From contig JAUIHP010000008.1 of the NCBI GenBank assembly GCA_030431975.1, positions 44,318-108,317 on the forward strand: a stretch of DNA of 64,000 nucleotides, read 5' to 3'. The notes beneath the pieces are model-generated. The model searched no databases. It was not told the DNA's origin and worked only from the letters and a program-made list of their open reading frames with translations. The first letter of the stretch is position 1, and the number at the start of each line of letters is the position of its first letter. This document shows, in pieces, positions 54,173 to 64,000 of the stretch. Source of the stretch: a bacterium. GTDB lineage: Bacteria > Eisenbacteria > RBG-16-71-46 > CAIMUX01. The position numbers and the translations under genes were made by a program.

Positions 54173-55540
54173 ATGCGATCACGGGGCGATTGCAGGACTT
54201 CCGGCCTGGGCTGCACTCTGCGCGTCCGGGCCTTCCTGGCGACCTTAGGTTGCCTCGCTCTCCTTTTGTCCGGAAATCCGACCGCCCACGCAGCGGATGT
54301 CCCGCTCGGGACGGACACATTTCCATGCCCGGACGACCTGCGTCCCCGTACCGAGTTCTGGCTCCGCATTTTCTCCGAGTTTGGGCGCACCGAAAAGGTG
54401 CTTCACGACAATCGCTATCCCTGGATCATCTATGAGGTCATCGACGTCTACGGACTGGATCGCGACCAGGCCAAAGACAAGGAGAAGATCCGGATCGCCT
54501 ACTACGAGCAGACGCTCGACGACATGGCGACCAAGCCCGCCGCCCAGTTCAGCAAGGATCAGAAACGGATCGCCGCCCTCCTGTCTTCCATACCGGACGA
54601 AGCGCGGTTCACGCGGGCCAAGGACCGGCTGCGCACCCAGACCGGGATTCGCGAGAACTTTGAAGCAGGCCTGCGCCGCTCCGGTCGCTACCTCGGGTTC
54701 ATTCATCAGGAACTGGCCGAGGCGGGAGTCCCTGCAGAGATCGCCTTCCTCCCCCATGTCGAGTCGTCGTTCAACGCCTCGATTCGTTCCCACGCGGGAG
54801 CGGTCGGTCTCTGGCAGTTCACCCGTGGCGCAGGCCGGAACTATATGACCATCGAGTCGGACATCGACGAGCGCCGCGATCCGTATGCGGCAACGCGAGC
54901 AGCTGCCAACTATCTCAAGAACAGCCACAACAAACTCGGAAGTTGGCCTCTGGCCGTGGTCAGCTACAACTACGGACTGGCCGGTGTGCGCCGGGCCATG
55001 AATCAGCTGCGCACCGATGACATCTCCGCGGTACTGCACGGCTATGACGGCCCCCGCTTCGGTTTCGCCTCACAAAACTTCTACTGCGAGTTTCTGGCCG
55101 CGATCGAGATCGGTCGCAATCCGGAGCGTTACTTCCCTGACCTCGTCCTGGATCCGACCGAGTTCCCCATGGAGTTCCGACTGGATCAGTACGTGAAGAT
55201 GAGCACCCTGGCCGACGCGATGGGGATCAGCCTCGAGGAAATGAAGTCCTGGAATCCGGCGCTTGGCAGTTCGTACGTAAAGGGAGACCGTTGGATTCCC
55301 AAAGGCCACGTTGTCCGTCTTCCCATGAACATCAACTCTCCCGGCGAGCTCTTCGCCACGATTCCTCTGGAAGATCGACGGGATCGTCCGCCGACGCCGC
55401 GAGGCCACAAGGTCGTGCGCGGAGACACGCTGAGCAAGATCGCTCAGCGCTACCGGGTGAGCCTGGCGGAGCTTCGTGCCGCCAACGGCATTCACAATCA
55501 GGACCGGATCTTCCCCGGGCAGGTGCTCGTCCTTCCGTAA
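54173..55540 (+). CDS. membrane-bound lytic murein transglycosylase (MltD-like: SLT domain + LysM)
   Basis: SD GGAGGAG lies before ATG 54173. Signal peptide. PHVESSFN...GAVGLWQF (SLT catalytic Glu region). C-terminal LysM HKVVRGDTLSKIAQRYRVSLAELRAANGI. Confidence 0.88.
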   Translation: MRSRGDCRTSGLGCTLRVRAFLATLGCLALLLSGNPTAHAADVPLGTDTFPCPDDLRPRTEFWLRIFSEFGRTEKVLHDNRYPWIIYEVIDVYGLDRDQAKDKEKIRIAYYEQTLDDMATKPAAQFSKDQKRIAALLSSIPDEARFTRAKDRLRTQTGIRENFEAGLRRSGRYLGFIHQELAEAGVPAEIAFLPHVESSFNASIRSHAGAVGLWQFTRGAGRNYMTIESDIDERRDPYAATRAAANYLKNSHNKLGSWPLAVVSYNYGLAGVRRAMNQLRTDDISAVLHGYDGPRFGFASQNFYCEFLAAIEIGRNPERYFPDLVLDPTEFPMEFRLDQYVKMSTLADAMGISLEEMKSWNPALGSSYVKGDRWIPKGHVVRLPMNINSPGELFATIPLEDRRDRPPTPRGHKVVRGDTLSKIAQRYRVSLAELRAANGIHNQDRIFPGQVLVLP

Positions 55541-55657
55541 GACTGACCCGGTAGGTCATGAGTGCTCACACTGTCGTCGAGTTCGCTCGGCGACCATGGT
55601 TGGACGGCCAGAAAGTCCCCTGGGAACCCGCCGACACCGCCTTCATTGCCGGTGCCG

Positions 55658-56569
55658 TCACGCCCAGCCTTGGTCACCGGTGTCTAACAGTCGTCGCGCT
55701 AGTCGCGTTCCGAATTCGTCGATGTCCGGCTCCGCCTGAAGGTCGTGAAACCCTCCCCGCACCCATTCGAAATGCCCACAGCGATGCGAAGCAATGAGCT
55801 TCTCGTTGTGCTTTGCGTCGACGACCCGGTCGTGGTCGCCCTGAAAGCAGAGGACGGGTACGCGCACGCGTCGTAGCTGGAATTCGGACTTTGCGATGAG
55901 AACCTGGGCCCATAGATGGGACCGGGCGTCGAACCCCGGGGTTCCCAGCGGATCGGCGCCGAGAGCCTGTTGGCGAACGTCATCGGCGCAGATGCGAATG
56001 CCGCGGGCGACCGGAGTCGCGTAGGTCTTGGCCCGGTTGCCGAGATGAAAGGCCATGTCGATCATCTCTCCCAGCGGCAGATAGTACGGTCGAAACGCCG
56101 GGGCGAGTAGGACGATGCCGCGAACGGCTGGGCCCGCAGCATCTTCAAACGCGACCGCGTTTGCAGCGAACAGAGCCGCGAGGCAACCACCGAGGCTGGT
56201 CCCCATGATCCAGGTCCCGCTCGCGGCGTTTGCGGCCTTTGCAGCGTTTGCAGGGTTTCCGGCGCTCGCGGCGCTTTCGGGGTCCGCCCGCAACGACGTC
56301 GAAGCCCGAAGCATCTCGGCGACCGCATCCAACAACCCACCCGGGCTGGGTATGTGCGATTCGGGTTTGTCTCTTCCAGAGGCGGGATCGGGCAGCCGGC
56401 GTTTCCCGTGTCCGGGCAGATCACCGGCGGTGACGAACAGATCTTGGTCTGCAAGAGATTCGGCAAGAGGAGCGACCCAACCGGAGTGCGCTCCCAGGCC
56501 GTGGACGTAGAGGACATGCTGAGGCGATGCGGGATCGCCCCAGCAACGAAGGTCTATGGTTCGAGCCAA
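55658..56569 (-). CDS. alpha/beta-fold hydrolase
   Basis: HVLYVHGLGAHSG and nucleophile elbow GTSLGG. Late Asp/His region (GDHDRVV, GGFHDL). A/N-rich in-frame insert. Confidence 0.75.
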   Translation of the reverse strand: MARTIDLRCWGDPASPQHVLYVHGLGAHSGWVAPLAESLADQDLFVTAGDLPGHGKRRLPDPASGRDKPESHIPSPGGLLDAVAEMLRASTSLRADPESAASAGNPANAAKAANAASGTWIMGTSLGGCLAALFAANAVAFEDAAGPAVRGIVLLAPAFRPYYLPLGEMIDMAFHLGNRAKTYATPVARGIRICADDVRQQALGADPLGTPGFDARSHLWAQVLIAKSEFQLRRVRVPVLCFQGDHDRVVDAKHNEKLIASHRCGHFEWVRGGFHDLQAEPDIDEFGTRLARRLLDTGDQGWA

Positions 56570-58668
56570 GCTCGGAAGGAACCGAGGTTGCCGGCCGAGT
56601 CCCGAGCCTGAACCACAACCCAGTTTCCGTTGGCTTCGCTCTCCAGCGGAAGGTCGACTTCGAACTGTTCTTCCGCGCTGTCGAGCAATCCGTCCGCCGG
56701 GTGAATGCCCTGGAACGGTCCGCCGTCGACGGAAACCTGAATTGCGCGCAAAGGCGAGTCGGCATCGACGGCCTTCCCGCTGACTTTGAGTTTCAGAGCA
56801 TCCCGACGGGCCTTGAGGTTGACGACCGACGGCGGAGCATTGTCGACCTGGAACGGCGGCGACACACGCACGGCAGTCAGTCCCTCCCCGGGCGCGTTGG
56901 AAAGCGCATCAGACGCCGTGACGCGGACCTCGTATCGTCCGTTGGGAAGCAGACCCGTCTCGAGGGTGTACCCGGACGAATCATGATCCCGAACCAGAAG
57001 GCGGAAGTTCTCCTCGCCCACCTGCCGGATCTCCAGCTTGTAGGTCAGTTGATCGCCGTCAGGGTCATCCCCCTCCCACACGATGGAACGAAGTTGCTGC
57101 ACCCAGTCGGGCACGCCCTCCGGAGGAAGCGTATTCGCACGACCGGACGCGCCCATCGAGTAGTCGACCTGGATGCCACCCGGAAGCACCTGGGAGACGG
57201 CGCCGCTTCCGCGGTCCATTCGGAAACTGGCGTCCGACGAGGAAAGGGAAAGCCGGCGAATGGCTGGCTGACGGTTCGCGGCCAGATACGGGACACGAAC
57301 GGAGCGCAGGACGACGTCCCGTGCCTTTTCGCTGTCGAAAGTCGCGCGCCACTGGAGGTAGCGCCCAGGAGGCGACTGGACCTGGGCCGCTTTGTTCCCC
57401 CCGACGACCGCGTCCCACTCGCTCCAGGACTTGTCCGGAAGAGAGGTGTAACCGGATCGGGTCTCGAAGCGAATGGATTCGCTCTGACCGTCCGCGTTCC
57501 AACTGAGCTTGCCCCATCGGGCCTGGTCTTTGGCGTCGAGAACCTCAGAGAGCAGGGTGGCTTCCTTGGCGCGAGAGGGGCCGAGTCGATAGATGTTCCC
57601 GGGGTTCCCGGTACCGGCGTAGATCTGTCCCTTGCTCTTCAGCAGGCTGAGGACCTGATCCTCTTCGGCTCTCCACAAAACAGATTCGAGTCCGTCCGCG
57701 TCGACGCGGTAGACGGCGGCCGCACCGCCGGTGGCGGCGAGGAACCCTCCACCCTCTTCGGCGATGAGGTCGTGAATGGTCCGTTCCGGGCACTCCCAAA
57801 CCGGACGGACCGCGCCGTCCGCGTCGAGGCGATAGACCTGGGCCGCGGGGTCCTTCCCACCTGCGGGCGTCGTTTCTTCGGCGCGACCCATGCCCGGGTT
57901 GGCTGCGAAGTACCAGCCTCCGTCGCCCGTGGACACGAGGTCGACGATCTCTTCTTCCTGAGCGTCATAGGCAATGCGCACGTTGCCCGAACCCGGGTCG
58001 ATCTCCAGCACAAGGCCACGTCCGTTCGTTCCGGCCCACAGACGCTTCCCATCAGGCGAAAGAGCGAGGCGACGGACGTGGGTATCCCCGGTTTCAGCAA
58101 CGACGTCCGTCTTACCGTCCCGGGCGATGCGGTAGATGCGACCTCGTTCGCCGGCTGCAACATAGATCGTGCCGTCGGGTGCCGCCAGCAGGTCGAAGAC
58201 GAGCCCTTCCGGAACGGTGAAGAGAGTCTCCTGATCACCGTTCGGGGAGATACGCACGACGGTTCCGGCCGGGGCGCCGGCGACGAACACATCGCCGGAG
58301 GCGTTGGCGCCGAGAGCAAAGAGTTCATAGTTGTAAAGCGTCGCGAGAGTCTCGACGCCTTCCCCACCCAGGCGGTACACCTTGCCTTGATCACCTGAGG
58401 AAAACACGACCTGCCCCCGAACTTCGGCGAGGCGCCAAACCGTTCGGGCTTCCGCCTGGCCCAACGATTCGGCCTTGGGTCCCAGCCGGACTTCTCCTGT
58501 CTGCGAGAGTTCGACTCCCTGCAGTTCTAGCTTGCGAAAGGCCGGGTAGCCCTCGGTTCGGAAGAATCGAGTGCGGACGGCCTCGCTCTCGGTGGCGGAT
58601 GCAGCGAGCAGTGCGCCCGCTCCCATCAGGAACATCCCTGTCCTGGCGACGGCGAGAACTCGGTTCAA
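56554..58668 (-). CDS. secreted beta-propeller protein with C-terminal Ig/FN3-like domains
   Basis: TTG start with SD GAGGAG 8 nt upstream. Signal peptide. Reiterated motifs of the type G-x-VYR/IYRI...DG; C-terminal beta-sandwich-like segments (LTYKLEIRQVGEE, YEVRVTASD). Confidence 0.7.
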   Translation of the reverse strand: MNRVLAVARTGMFLMGAGALLAASATESEAVRTRFFRTEGYPAFRKLELQGVELSQTGEVRLGPKAESLGQAEARTVWRLAEVRGQVVFSSGDQGKVYRLGGEGVETLATLYNYELFALGANASGDVFVAGAPAGTVVRISPNGDQETLFTVPEGLVFDLLAAPDGTIYVAAGERGRIYRIARDGKTDVVAETGDTHVRRLALSPDGKRLWAGTNGRGLVLEIDPGSGNVRIAYDAQEEEIVDLVSTGDGGWYFAANPGMGRAEETTPAGGKDPAAQVYRLDADGAVRPVWECPERTIHDLIAEEGGGFLAATGGAAAVYRVDADGLESVLWRAEEDQVLSLLKSKGQIYAGTGNPGNIYRLGPSRAKEATLLSEVLDAKDQARWGKLSWNADGQSESIRFETRSGYTSLPDKSWSEWDAVVGGNKAAQVQSPPGRYLQWRATFDSEKARDVVLRSVRVPYLAANRQPAIRRLSLSSSDASFRMDRGSGAVSQVLPGGIQVDYSMGASGRANTLPPEGVPDWVQQLRSIVWEGDDPDGDQLTYKLEIRQVGEENFRLLVRDHDSSGYTLETGLLPNGRYEVRVTASDALSNAPGEGLTAVRVSPPFQVDNAPPSVVNLKARRDALKLKVSGKAVDADSPLRAIQVSVDGGPFQGIHPADGLLDSAEEQFEVDLPLESEANGNWVVVQARDSAGNLGSFRAWLEP

Positions 58669-58695
58669 GATTCGATCTCCTCTCTTGGACCTGGC

Positions 58696-60783
58696 TTACT
58701 GGGCGGCGATGTCGAGCAGGACGATCGAACCGCTCGAAAGAACATACGGAGTGTCGTGGTGACGCTCTTCCAGAAGTCCCAACGACGTGGGCTGGATTCC
58801 GCCGGGGCGGGATCCTCTGGAGGCCGCCGCGACCATGGACGGCGGGAGTGAAGACAGCTCGACTCCCTGCAGCAGGACTCCCGGGCTTGCGTCATAGACG
58901 CGGACGGTCAGCTTGGAATCGTCGGGCATGCGCTCGATAAGTTCGACCATCTGGTCCAGCGAATGCGGAACGAACCGATCCGGAATGCGCTCCTGATCCC
59001 ACGTCGCGAACTCGGAGTTGGCCCCGACGTAGATGCGCAGGGAACGTCCGGCCCACTGCGGCGGAATCTCGATGTCAAAGGTCCGGGTTTCGCTCTGGCC
59101 CCGGAACGGCTCGATGGTCGCCGATACGGTGACGACATCGCCGGTGTGGGCGCGCCGGTGGGTGGAGTGCACGTCGGTGATGCGAGCCTCGGGGTTGCCG
59201 CGCTCGTAGTCGACCGTGACGTGCAATGAGTCGATGTGCACCGGTTCCCATGGATTGATGGAGACGAGAACGGCCGGCAACGTAATGTCCGCTCCCAGCG
59301 CGGTTCCCGGAACGTCCGCTGCGATCCGCTCCACCCTCCTGACGCTGCGTCCGCCGAAGAACACTTCGGTTTCGGTCCGGATGGACGCGTCACCGGAAAC
59401 CCAACCCTCAGCGAGGTAGCTGTTCGTCACCGTCCACGGAAGGAAGAACGGCGTCAGCATCGGATGACGGGCCAGGGAGTAGTTGAAGTTGTCCGTTTTG
59501 CCCTCGTCGTCGTGAACGGAAACGGTCACGGGAATGACGCTCGGAACCTCGCCATGCGTTCCGGCCACGCCGGGACGGCGATCGTTCCAGATGCCTCCCA
59601 GTTCCCCGGTCGAACTTCCCATCTTCATCGAGACCGACCGGTTGGCCAGGACCGTATGAATCCATGCGCCGGTCATCGGGAAGGCCACGGCGCCGGACTG
59701 AATCATGGGATGACCGAACGCAACGATGCGGTCTCCCTCGACATGGGTCACGGTTCCGATCGCCACGATGTCCGCGTCCCCACCGATCATCCGTAGTCCG
59801 ACGGCCGAACCCGGCTCGAGTCGGGAGGTTTCCATGTCGTCCAGTGAGCGACGCCCGGATGCAACGGGACTGGCAGCGAAGCCCAGGTTACCGAGGACCT
59901 CGGTCATTTCGGAGTGCAGTCGTGGGGACCAACCGGAAAACGAAATCGGTGTGCCGATCGGGGTCAGTCCGTCGGCCACTTCTGTCCGGTCGACCAATGG
60001 AACGGCGGCGATTCCCGGATCAAAGGACGTCGGCTGCGACGGCGCGTCGGACAAGAACGCCCCCTCGGCCGTGGAAGACGCGACGAACGCGTTCCAGGCA
60101 GCGTCGAAAGGAAGCACGGAGGTCGCCATCCCGGTGTGATAGGAGTCGCCGCTGGACGGAGTGGTGAAGGAACTTGAAGACGGCGACTTCCCGGTCCGCG
60201 GCGCGATCGCTTGCCGGGTATCACCCAAGCTGGGGTAGGCGCCTTCGGCGGCCGGCCCGAGGTTGTCCATCAGGGTCAGCATCTCCCCAATGGGCGTGAT
60301 GGCCCCGATCGGATCTTTGGCTCCGGGATAGGCGAAGGCGATCGCACCGAGCAACCGCCCGTCGATATAGACCGGCGAGCCGCTCATCCCCTGGCTGATC
60401 CCGGTGTGCTCGAGAAACTCCCCCTCGCCGCGGAAGAGAATGAGGTCGCCCTGCGGGCGTGCCGACTCGAGAACTCCAATAATCTCGATCCCGAACTCTT
60501 CAATCTCGGATCCTTGAAAGACGCTGCGACCGACACCACGCATTCCAGGTGCGACCTCTTCCACGGGGAAGGTTTCGACGGCAGAGGCCGGCCCGCCAAT
60601 GAACAGAGTGACGGCTGCAAGGACGAGGGCCTGCCACTGCGCCCGAAACAGGGATGCCCTTGGACGAGGCGGCCCATCCGACCGTGGCGATCGAAAGTCC
60701 AATCGCCCACCCACTCGGCGCCTGGCGCGGTGAAGGCGGCATTGGACGAATCCAGGGCCGCGACCGAGGGTCGTCTTGATCAT
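58696..60783 (-). CDS. SpoIVB-like S55-family serine peptidase domain protein (large, secreted)
   Basis: GISQGMSGSPVYIDGRLLGAIAF matches the S55/trypsin-like catalytic-Ser motif. N-terminal hydrophobic anchor. Confidence 0.65.
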   Translation of the reverse strand: MIKTTLGRGPGFVQCRLHRARRRVGGRLDFRSPRSDGPPRPRASLFRAQWQALVLAAVTLFIGGPASAVETFPVEEVAPGMRGVGRSVFQGSEIEEFGIEIIGVLESARPQGDLILFRGEGEFLEHTGISQGMSGSPVYIDGRLLGAIAFAYPGAKDPIGAITPIGEMLTLMDNLGPAAEGAYPSLGDTRQAIAPRTGKSPSSSSFTTPSSGDSYHTGMATSVLPFDAAWNAFVASSTAEGAFLSDAPSQPTSFDPGIAAVPLVDRTEVADGLTPIGTPISFSGWSPRLHSEMTEVLGNLGFAASPVASGRRSLDDMETSRLEPGSAVGLRMIGGDADIVAIGTVTHVEGDRIVAFGHPMIQSGAVAFPMTGAWIHTVLANRSVSMKMGSSTGELGGIWNDRRPGVAGTHGEVPSVIPVTVSVHDDEGKTDNFNYSLARHPMLTPFFLPWTVTNSYLAEGWVSGDASIRTETEVFFGGRSVRRVERIAADVPGTALGADITLPAVLVSINPWEPVHIDSLHVTVDYERGNPEARITDVHSTHRRAHTGDVVTVSATIEPFRGQSETRTFDIEIPPQWAGRSLRIYVGANSEFATWDQERIPDRFVPHSLDQMVELIERMPDDSKLTVRVYDASPGVLLQGVELSSLPPSMVAAASRGSRPGGIQPTSLGLLEERHHDTPYVLSSGSIVLLDIAAQ

Positions 60784-60971
60784 GCGTTGCGTCCTCCGTG
60801 GGGGCCCAAGGGCCCGGGGGTGCCGGGGTGGTCGGGCTTTCCCTGCCCGATCTGCGCGAATGCCTTCGTGGATCTTCCTACGCGCCTTTGTCCCACACGG
60901 TTCCCAGCCCCCGCGGCGGCGTCGGGTTGAGTCTTGTTCGGAAGACTCCTAGAATCCGTGCTCCAGTATCT

Positions 60972-61886
60972 GTGAACGTACGTCCACCCGTCGAGGTCAT
61001 CTTGAAGATCAGCGGCTTTTCCTTCGTCCGCAATGCGGTCAAGCTCGCCTACCCCATCGCCGAAGCGATCGAGTCGGCTCTTCCCCTGGTCGATGAGTTC
61101 GTCATCGCCGTGGGAGAATCCGATGACGGCACCGTCGATCGGATTCGCGCGATCGGAGACCCGAAGGTCCGAATCATCGAGACGGAATGGAACCCCGACC
61201 ATTTCGTCCACGGCCATATCAACGCCGTCCAGACCAACATCGCCATGGACGCCTGCAGCGGGGACTGGGGCGTCTACCTGCAGGCCGATGAGGTCTTCCA
61301 CGAAGACGACCTCCCCAAGATCCGTCGGGCCATGGAGGAAAACCTCGATCGTCCGGAGGTCGAGGGACTTCTGTTCGACTACCTGCACTTCTGGGGCGAC
61401 TTCGATCATTTCCATTGGACCCGAAACTGGTACCGGCATGAAGTTCGTGCCGTTCGCCTCGACGGACGCGTCCGCTCCTGGAAGTCGGCTCAGGGATTCC
61501 GAAAGGACGAACGGAAGCTGCACGTCCGGCCTTGCGGGGCCCGGGTCTTCCACTACGGCTGGGTTCGCCCCCCGGAAACGATGAAGAAGAAGACCATCGC
61601 CCTCGACCGGCTCCATCATCCCGAAGACTGGGTCCAGAAGCGGCACTCCGATGGAGAACGTCCGTTTGACTACGGGCCGTTGGATCATCTGAAGGTCTTC
61701 GAGAACACGCACCCCGCCGTGATGAAGGACTGGATCGCTTCCAAGGACTGGCGCGCCGAAGATTATCGGCGCGAAGGCACAAGCCATGAGCACAACCAAT
61801 TCGGTGTCCGGCTCCTTTCCTGGATCGAAAACCACGTCCTGCATCACCGGATCGGCGAGTATCGGAACTACGTCCTGATCAAGTGA
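60972..61886 (+). CDS. GT2-like glycosyltransferase (SpsA-fold)
   Basis: ISGFSFVRNA...LVDEFVIAVGESDDGT...YLQADEVFHEDD (DxD-type). The start (GTG 60972) is uncertain; the ORF-track start at 60798 adds an implausible G/P-rich leader. Confidence 0.6.
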   Translation: MNVRPPVEVILKISGFSFVRNAVKLAYPIAEAIESALPLVDEFVIAVGESDDGTVDRIRAIGDPKVRIIETEWNPDHFVHGHINAVQTNIAMDACSGDWGVYLQADEVFHEDDLPKIRRAMEENLDRPEVEGLLFDYLHFWGDFDHFHWTRNWYRHEVRAVRLDGRVRSWKSAQGFRKDERKLHVRPCGARVFHYGWVRPPETMKKKTIALDRLHHPEDWVQKRHSDGERPFDYGPLDHLKVFENTHPAVMKDWIASKDWRAEDYRREGTSHEHNQFGVRLLSWIENHVLHHRIGEYRNYVLIK

Positions 61887-61892
61887 CGGCTA

Positions 61893-61927
61893 GGTGGGGC
61901 AGCTGCCCCACCCACTCCCTCTTTTTC
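61893..61927 (+). terminator. palindromic hairpin plus T tract after the GT2-like gene
   Basis: GGTGGGGCAG/CTGCCCCACC is a perfect 10-bp palindrome. CTTTTTC lies 9 nt downstream, so the T tract is somewhat distant. Confidence 0.5.
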
Positions 61928-62142
61928 GTTATCGGTCGCTGAGTGTCCGTGGTTGACGCTCCGGCGCGTCGCGGGGAGGCCGGCCGGAGACGTTCCCCGA
62001 AGTAGGTGGCTCCCCGCCGTGGCCTCGGTGCCCGTCGCATGCCGCACACCAGTCGGAGCCACCCTGAAGAGCCGGTGTGCGGCCAGGGCGATGTGTGATC
62101 GAAGCCCGGTTGGAAGCGCTGGGGAACGCTTGGAAACGGACT

Positions 62143-63015
62143 CTAGAAGAGGTAGACGCGAAGCCCAACGTGGGCCTGGACGCCGGAGTAATCCAGCTCC
62201 ATCGGGACCGTTCGGAACAGCTCGACATCTTCCTGGTCATTGGCCTGGATGGGGTCGATGAAAGCATTCCGCAGGAAGCTGCGGTCCGACAGATCCCGTC
62301 CTTCCGGGACATCGTCCCCGTCGCGGTCGACGGCAGGATCATCGACGTTGGTGATGGACCACTCATACGAGTCCGAATCGATGTCGACCTTGAGCCCGCG
62401 GTAGCCGAGATCCCCGGCGAGGGTGAATCTCTCGTTCAGAACGAGCTCCGCTTCGAATGCGGCGACGACACCCGCGCCGGTGCCGTCAAAAGTCAGCGAC
62501 TCGCGGCGAAGGATTCCCGCTTCGACCGTTCGGTGCTCGTGCGTAATTTCGAGTTCTGCGGAGGTCGCCATCACTCCTCCGCCGCCGACGCAGAAGCGCA
62601 CGTTCTCGAAGGGTCGCCACGGAATGCGGTAGAAGATTCGCGCCTGCAGAAAGCTCGCGCTCGGTTTGATGTCGATGACCTCGTCGAAATCGACTCCGGT
62701 CGAGGCAATGGTGCTGCCTCCGCCGAACGACAGCATCCACGGTCCGAAAAGGTCCGCGCGCACGTCGTAGATGAAGTTGAATCCGCTGCCGAGGTTGTCG
62801 AGTGTGTCCCACCGCTGCGATCGCATGTAGACGTTGCCGCGGTCGATCTCGTCGTTGACCGTTCCCATGGCGAGCGAGGTCGCTCCCAGCTGTCCCGTCA
62901 GGGAGAACCGGGCCGTGGGGTCATAGGCGAAGACTGCCGGAGCCACGAGCGCGCAAAGGCACGCGGCGCCCAAGGTCTGACTTGCCAGCAGCTTGAAGGA
63001 TTTACTTAAAGTCAT
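62143..63015 (-). CDS. outer-membrane beta-barrel protein
   Basis: Trimmed to ATG 63015. Signal peptide ending AVFA, alternating beta-strand pattern, C-terminal VGLRVYLF (terminal Phe). Confidence 0.7.
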   Translation of the reverse strand: MTLSKSFKLLASQTLGAACLCALVAPAVFAYDPTARFSLTGQLGATSLAMGTVNDEIDRGNVYMRSQRWDTLDNLGSGFNFIYDVRADLFGPWMLSFGGGSTIASTGVDFDEVIDIKPSASFLQARIFYRIPWRPFENVRFCVGGGGVMATSAELEITHEHRTVEAGILRRESLTFDGTGAGVVAAFEAELVLNERFTLAGDLGYRGLKVDIDSDSYEWSITNVDDPAVDRDGDDVPEGRDLSDRSFLRNAFIDPIQANDQEDVELFRTVPMELDYSGVQAHVGLRVYLF

Positions 63016-63120
63016 AGTTCCCCACATCTGTCCCAACCCCTTGGCCAGAAGCACCGGTCGCCCGCGCACTATATCAACGGCGGGTACCAGCGATCAACCA
63101 CCCGCGACCCTGCTCAGATC

Positions 63121-64000
63121 TCAGTGCCTCAGTAGTTTGGAGACGACGGTAGCGACCTTGTCGTCCGGGACCACATTCTGCTCGCCGGTGCGGAGCTCTT
63201 TCAGTGTCCATTCGCCGCGGGCGGCTTCGTCCGTCCCCTGGAAGACGACAATAGGAATTCCCCTCTTGTCCGCGACGCCGATCTGCTTTCCCAGTTTTCC
63301 GTGCCGATAGACCACCTCGGTTGCAATTCCGGCGTTCCGGAGACGGCCGGTCATCCGGAGAGCCGCAGCTTCGTCGTCGTCGGAAAAACGGAGCACCAAG
63401 ACCTGTGTGGCCGTCGATCTCTCCGACGTCTTTCCCATCTGTTCGAGAGCGGTGAGGATGCGGTCGAACCCGATGGCAGCGCCCACGGCCGGCAGAGACT
63501 CCGGAGAGAAGACGCTGATCAGGTCATCGTAGCGTCCACCCCCGGCCAGGCTTCCGATGTGCGGAAGCTCGTCGACAAAGGCCTCGTAGACGGCGCCGGT
63601 GTAATAGTCGAGGCCACGAGCCAGCGACAAACGAAACTCGAAGCGATCGAGCGGAGCACCCAACGCATCCAGACATTCCCAGATCCGGAGGAGATCCGCG
63701 CAGCCCTCCTGGATACCGGAGTCGTCGTAGGCTTCCCGCAGCGCTTCGATCTCGGTCCGACCACCTTTCGGGTGTTGCAGGAATTCGAGCAGAAGCCCGC
63801 GTGCTTCCTTTGGAATCTCCTCCCGCTCGAACTCGGCCTCGATGCCCTCCTCGCCGACTTTGTCGACCTTGTCGATGGCCCGGAGGACGGCGGGACCGGC
63901 TTCCTGCGGCAGCCCGGCCGCGGCGACCATTCCCTCGAGGATGCGGCGGTGATTGACCCGAACCTTGGCCGTTCCGAGACCCAGGCCGTCGATGACTTCG
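63121..64000 (-). CDS. hisS: histidine--tRNA ligase, 5-prime end beyond the window
   Basis: RGLDYYTG, GGGRYDDL, AVGAAIGFDRI (class II motif 3), anticodon-binding tail. The reading frame stays open to position 64000 (EVIDGLGLGTAKVRVNHRRILEG). Confidence 0.93.
   Translation of the reverse strand, partial: EVIDGLGLGTAKVRVNHRRILEGMVAAAGLPQEAGPAVLRAIDKVDKVGEEGIEAEFEREEIPKEARGLLLEFLQHPKGGRTEIEALREAYDDSGIQEGCADLLRIWECLDALGAPLDRFEFRLSLARGLDYYTGAVYEAFVDELPHIGSLAGGGRYDDLISVFSPESLPAVGAAIGFDRILTALEQMGKTSERSTATQVLVLRFSDDDEAAALRMTGRLRNAGIATEVVYRHGKLGKQIGVADKRGIPIVVFQGTDEAARGEWTLKELRTGEQNVVPDDKVATVVSKLLRH

Overview
GC-rich, gene-dense bacterial chromosomal window with about 50 CDS, mostly on the minus strand. 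No rRNA, tRNA, cas or transposase genes were recognised. All product calls come from reading motifs in the supplied translations, because no HMM or BLAST search was possible. Left to right: (1) a sigma-54 response regulator (runs off the left edge), a soluble GAF/PAS histidine kinase, and clpB. (2) A nucleotide-sugar block resembling the WbpA/B/D/E route to a UDP-2,3-diacetamido-uronic sugar, plus SDR epimerases and a PorV-like outer-membrane barrel. (3) An S41 tail-specific protease. (4) The centrepiece is a ~22 kb run of 17 same-strand CDS (40786 down to 18760). It encodes a PglF/CapD-like dehydratase fused to a degenerate phosphoglycosyl-transferase domain, Wza-like and Wzc-like export proteins, an exosortase and EpsI. 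It continues with an unknown membrane protein, a TPR lipoprotein, a kinase-less PrsK-like sensor, a GT4, an ACP, a NeuD/PglD-like acyltransferase and a small PGT. It ends in a surface-protein block: PEGA protein, FN3-repeat lipoprotein, FN3 plus cohesin-like lipoprotein, and a beta-propeller protein with a dockerin-like module and a T9SS-type C-terminal domain. (5) Housekeeping and envelope genes follow: Yip1, macro domain, AI-2E transporter, cvpA, a secreted PHP hydrolase, a DUF62 SAM hydrolase, cutA, a GldA/F/G-like ABC system with DUF4340, a LysM lytic transglycosylase, an S55 peptidase/propeller/hydrolase trio, a GT2-like protein, an OMP, and hisS (runs off the right edge). The window is unusually rich in short tandem repeats. 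Two related arrays of a 61-bp hairpin-containing unit bracket the exosortase region. There are also 9 copies of a 13-bp unit upstream of clpB, 4 copies of a 37-bp unit with AGGA-loop hairpins inside the big operon, and several smaller intergenic and in-frame repeats. The strongest candidate for something undescribed is the exosortase operon. No PEP-CTERM cargo is visible, its apparent cargo uses lipoprotein, cohesin/dockerin and T9SS-CTD anchoring, and it carries a split PrsK and a pseudo-PGT fusion.
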